A stretch of 64,000 bases of DNA, from the NCBI GenBank assembly GCA_003135555.1, contig PLCF01000062.1, forward strand, positions 62,981 through 126,980, written 5' to 3'. The translations under genes and the position numbers were made by a program. The stretch's first letter is position 1. Each line of letters starts with the position of its first letter. This DNA is from Vulcanimicrobiota bacterium (GTDB taxonomy: Bacteria > Vulcanimicrobiota > Vulcanimicrobiia > Vulcanimicrobiales > Vulcanimicrobiaceae). The notes below the pieces were generated by a model. The model made no database searches. It was not told the DNA's origin and worked only from the letters and a program-made list of their open reading frames with translations. This document shows positions 62,962-64,000 of this stretch, in pieces.

Positions 62962-64000
62962 TCATGCTAACTGGTAGGCCGGCATTGCCATGGTGAGATA
63001 GGCTGCGCTGCGCACGCGCTCGTCGACGTTTTCGGGCGAGAGCTGCGGCAGCGCCGACTGCCCGCTGCCACCGAGATAGGCGACGAGCTGCGCGATCGCG
63101 GCGGGTGAGACGTCGCCTTGTAACATCGTGTCGGTCAAGGTCTTGGCGACGGTGCGCGGGTCCATCGAGCGCATCGCGGTCGCGATCCACGCAGCGCTGT
63201 CCATCATCTTGGGATTCTTGGCGACGCCGTTGGCGAAGTTCTCGCGCGTGAGGATGGTCTGGCTGCTGAGCCACGCGGCGCCGCCGTCCCAACCCTTGAC
63301 GTTGGGCGGATAGAACAGTACTTGTCCCATCGAGCGCAGCGTCGCGAGCTCGACCGGCGCCACCTCGGTGATGCCGAAGAGCTGGTGCGTTCCGACCAGG
63401 AACTCGACCGGGCTCTTTACCAGCGCACGGTACGCGCGATCGCTGAAGAACAGGTTGCTGCGCAGCAGCGTCGACAGCACGGGCTGCAACTCGTAGTTGT
63501 TGCGGGTGATCAACGCGGCGACTTGATCGACCAGCTGCGGCTCGGGGTCCATGTAGACGAAGAACGAGAGCAGCTTGCGCGCGAAGAGCTTCGAAGCGGC
63601 CGGCTGGCGGAAGATGATGTCGACGATGTCGTTGCCCGCGAAATTGCCGGACTGCCCCAAGAACGTCTTGGTGCCGTCGTCGTGCTGGGCGCGGTTGTCG
63701 AGAAAGCTCCCCGTCCCGTCGGGGTTGCGGCGGAACGTCCAGCCGGTGAACGCGCGCGCCGACTCGCGGATGTCCTGCTCGGTGTAGTTGCCGATGCCCA
63801 GCGTGAAGAGCTCCATGAGCTCGCGGGCGTAGTTCTCGTTGGGATGCGATTTGACGTTGACGTTGTTGTCGAGGTAGCGCAGCATCGCCGGATCCTGCGA
63901 CACGTGGAGCGTCAGGTCGCGCACGTTGCCCAGCGCGTACTCGCGGAAGAGCTGGTTCTGCATGAGCAGCTCTTGGCCGGTGGTCTGCTTCTCCGGCGAG
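62962..64000 (-). CDS. DUF1800 protein (5' end outside the window)
   Basis: PAMLRYLDN, PNENYARELMELFTLG, ARAFTGW, KSPVE, PPNVKGW; paired with DUF1501. Confidence 0.95.
   Translation of the reverse strand, partial: SPEKQTTGQELLMQNQLFREYALGNVRDLTLHVSQDPAMLRYLDNNVNVKSHPNENYARELMELFTLGIGNYTEQDIRESARAFTGWTFRRNPDGTGSFLDNRAQHDDGTKTFLGQSGNFAGNDIVDIIFRQPAASKLFARKLLSFFVYMDPEPQLVDQVAALITRNNYELQPVLSTLLRSNLFFSDRAYRALVKSPVEFLVGTHQLFGITEVAPVELATLRSMGQVLFYPPNVKGWDGGAAWLSSQTILTRENFANGVAKNPKMMDSAAWIATAMRSMDPRTVAKTLTDTMLQGDVSPAAIAQLVAYLGGSGQSALPQLSPENVDERVRSAAYLTMAMPAYQLA

Noticed and set aside
1..64000. CRISPR array, tRNA, rRNA, IS element
   Set aside because: No regularly spaced repeat-spacer array, cloverleaf, rRNA-like tract or transposase motif was recognised; intergenic gaps are short.

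Overview
High-GC bacterial chromosome segment. It is probably from Eremiobacterota/Vulcanimicrobiota, inferred only from recalled protein similarities and not verified. The main accessory feature is a ~25 kb extracellular contractile injection system (eCIS; Afp/PVC/CIS-like) operon at 2912-27755 (+). It encodes sheath, tube, Pvc16 cap, AAA+ ATPase, a DUF4157 protein with an internal HNH-like motif, tube initiator, LysM, gp27 hub, gp5 spike, PAAR-like tip, gp25, two baseplate J proteins, a P2-I tail protein and a DUF6519 beta-helix protein. A SARP/BTAD activator lies divergently upstream. The intergenic region carries 11-bp-phased heptamer repeats ending exactly 8 nt before -10 boxes, the classic SARP promoter layout. 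The island sits directly downstream of a DUF445 gene, and three displaced remnants of that gene's 3' end lie on the far side (933-1012, 1245-1436, 1866-1901). Two of them differ only synonymously, which suggests repeated insertion at this site, with no integrase in view. To the right are a lipid-related cluster (phasin-like protein, SDR, CYP102-type P450-reductase, WS/DGAT) and housekeeping genes (hemQ, panE, dut, nrdR with a CTG start and an NrdR box, dprA, rlmH, argS with a non-canonical HIGH motif, hisC, pyrE, pyrF). Also present are a frameshifted nucleotidyltransferase module, an ECF sigma/anti-sigma locus with twin divergent promoters, a two-component system and DUF1501/DUF1800. No rRNA, tRNA, CRISPR array, integrase or transposase was recognised. 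All family calls come from motif recognition by eye; no database search was run.
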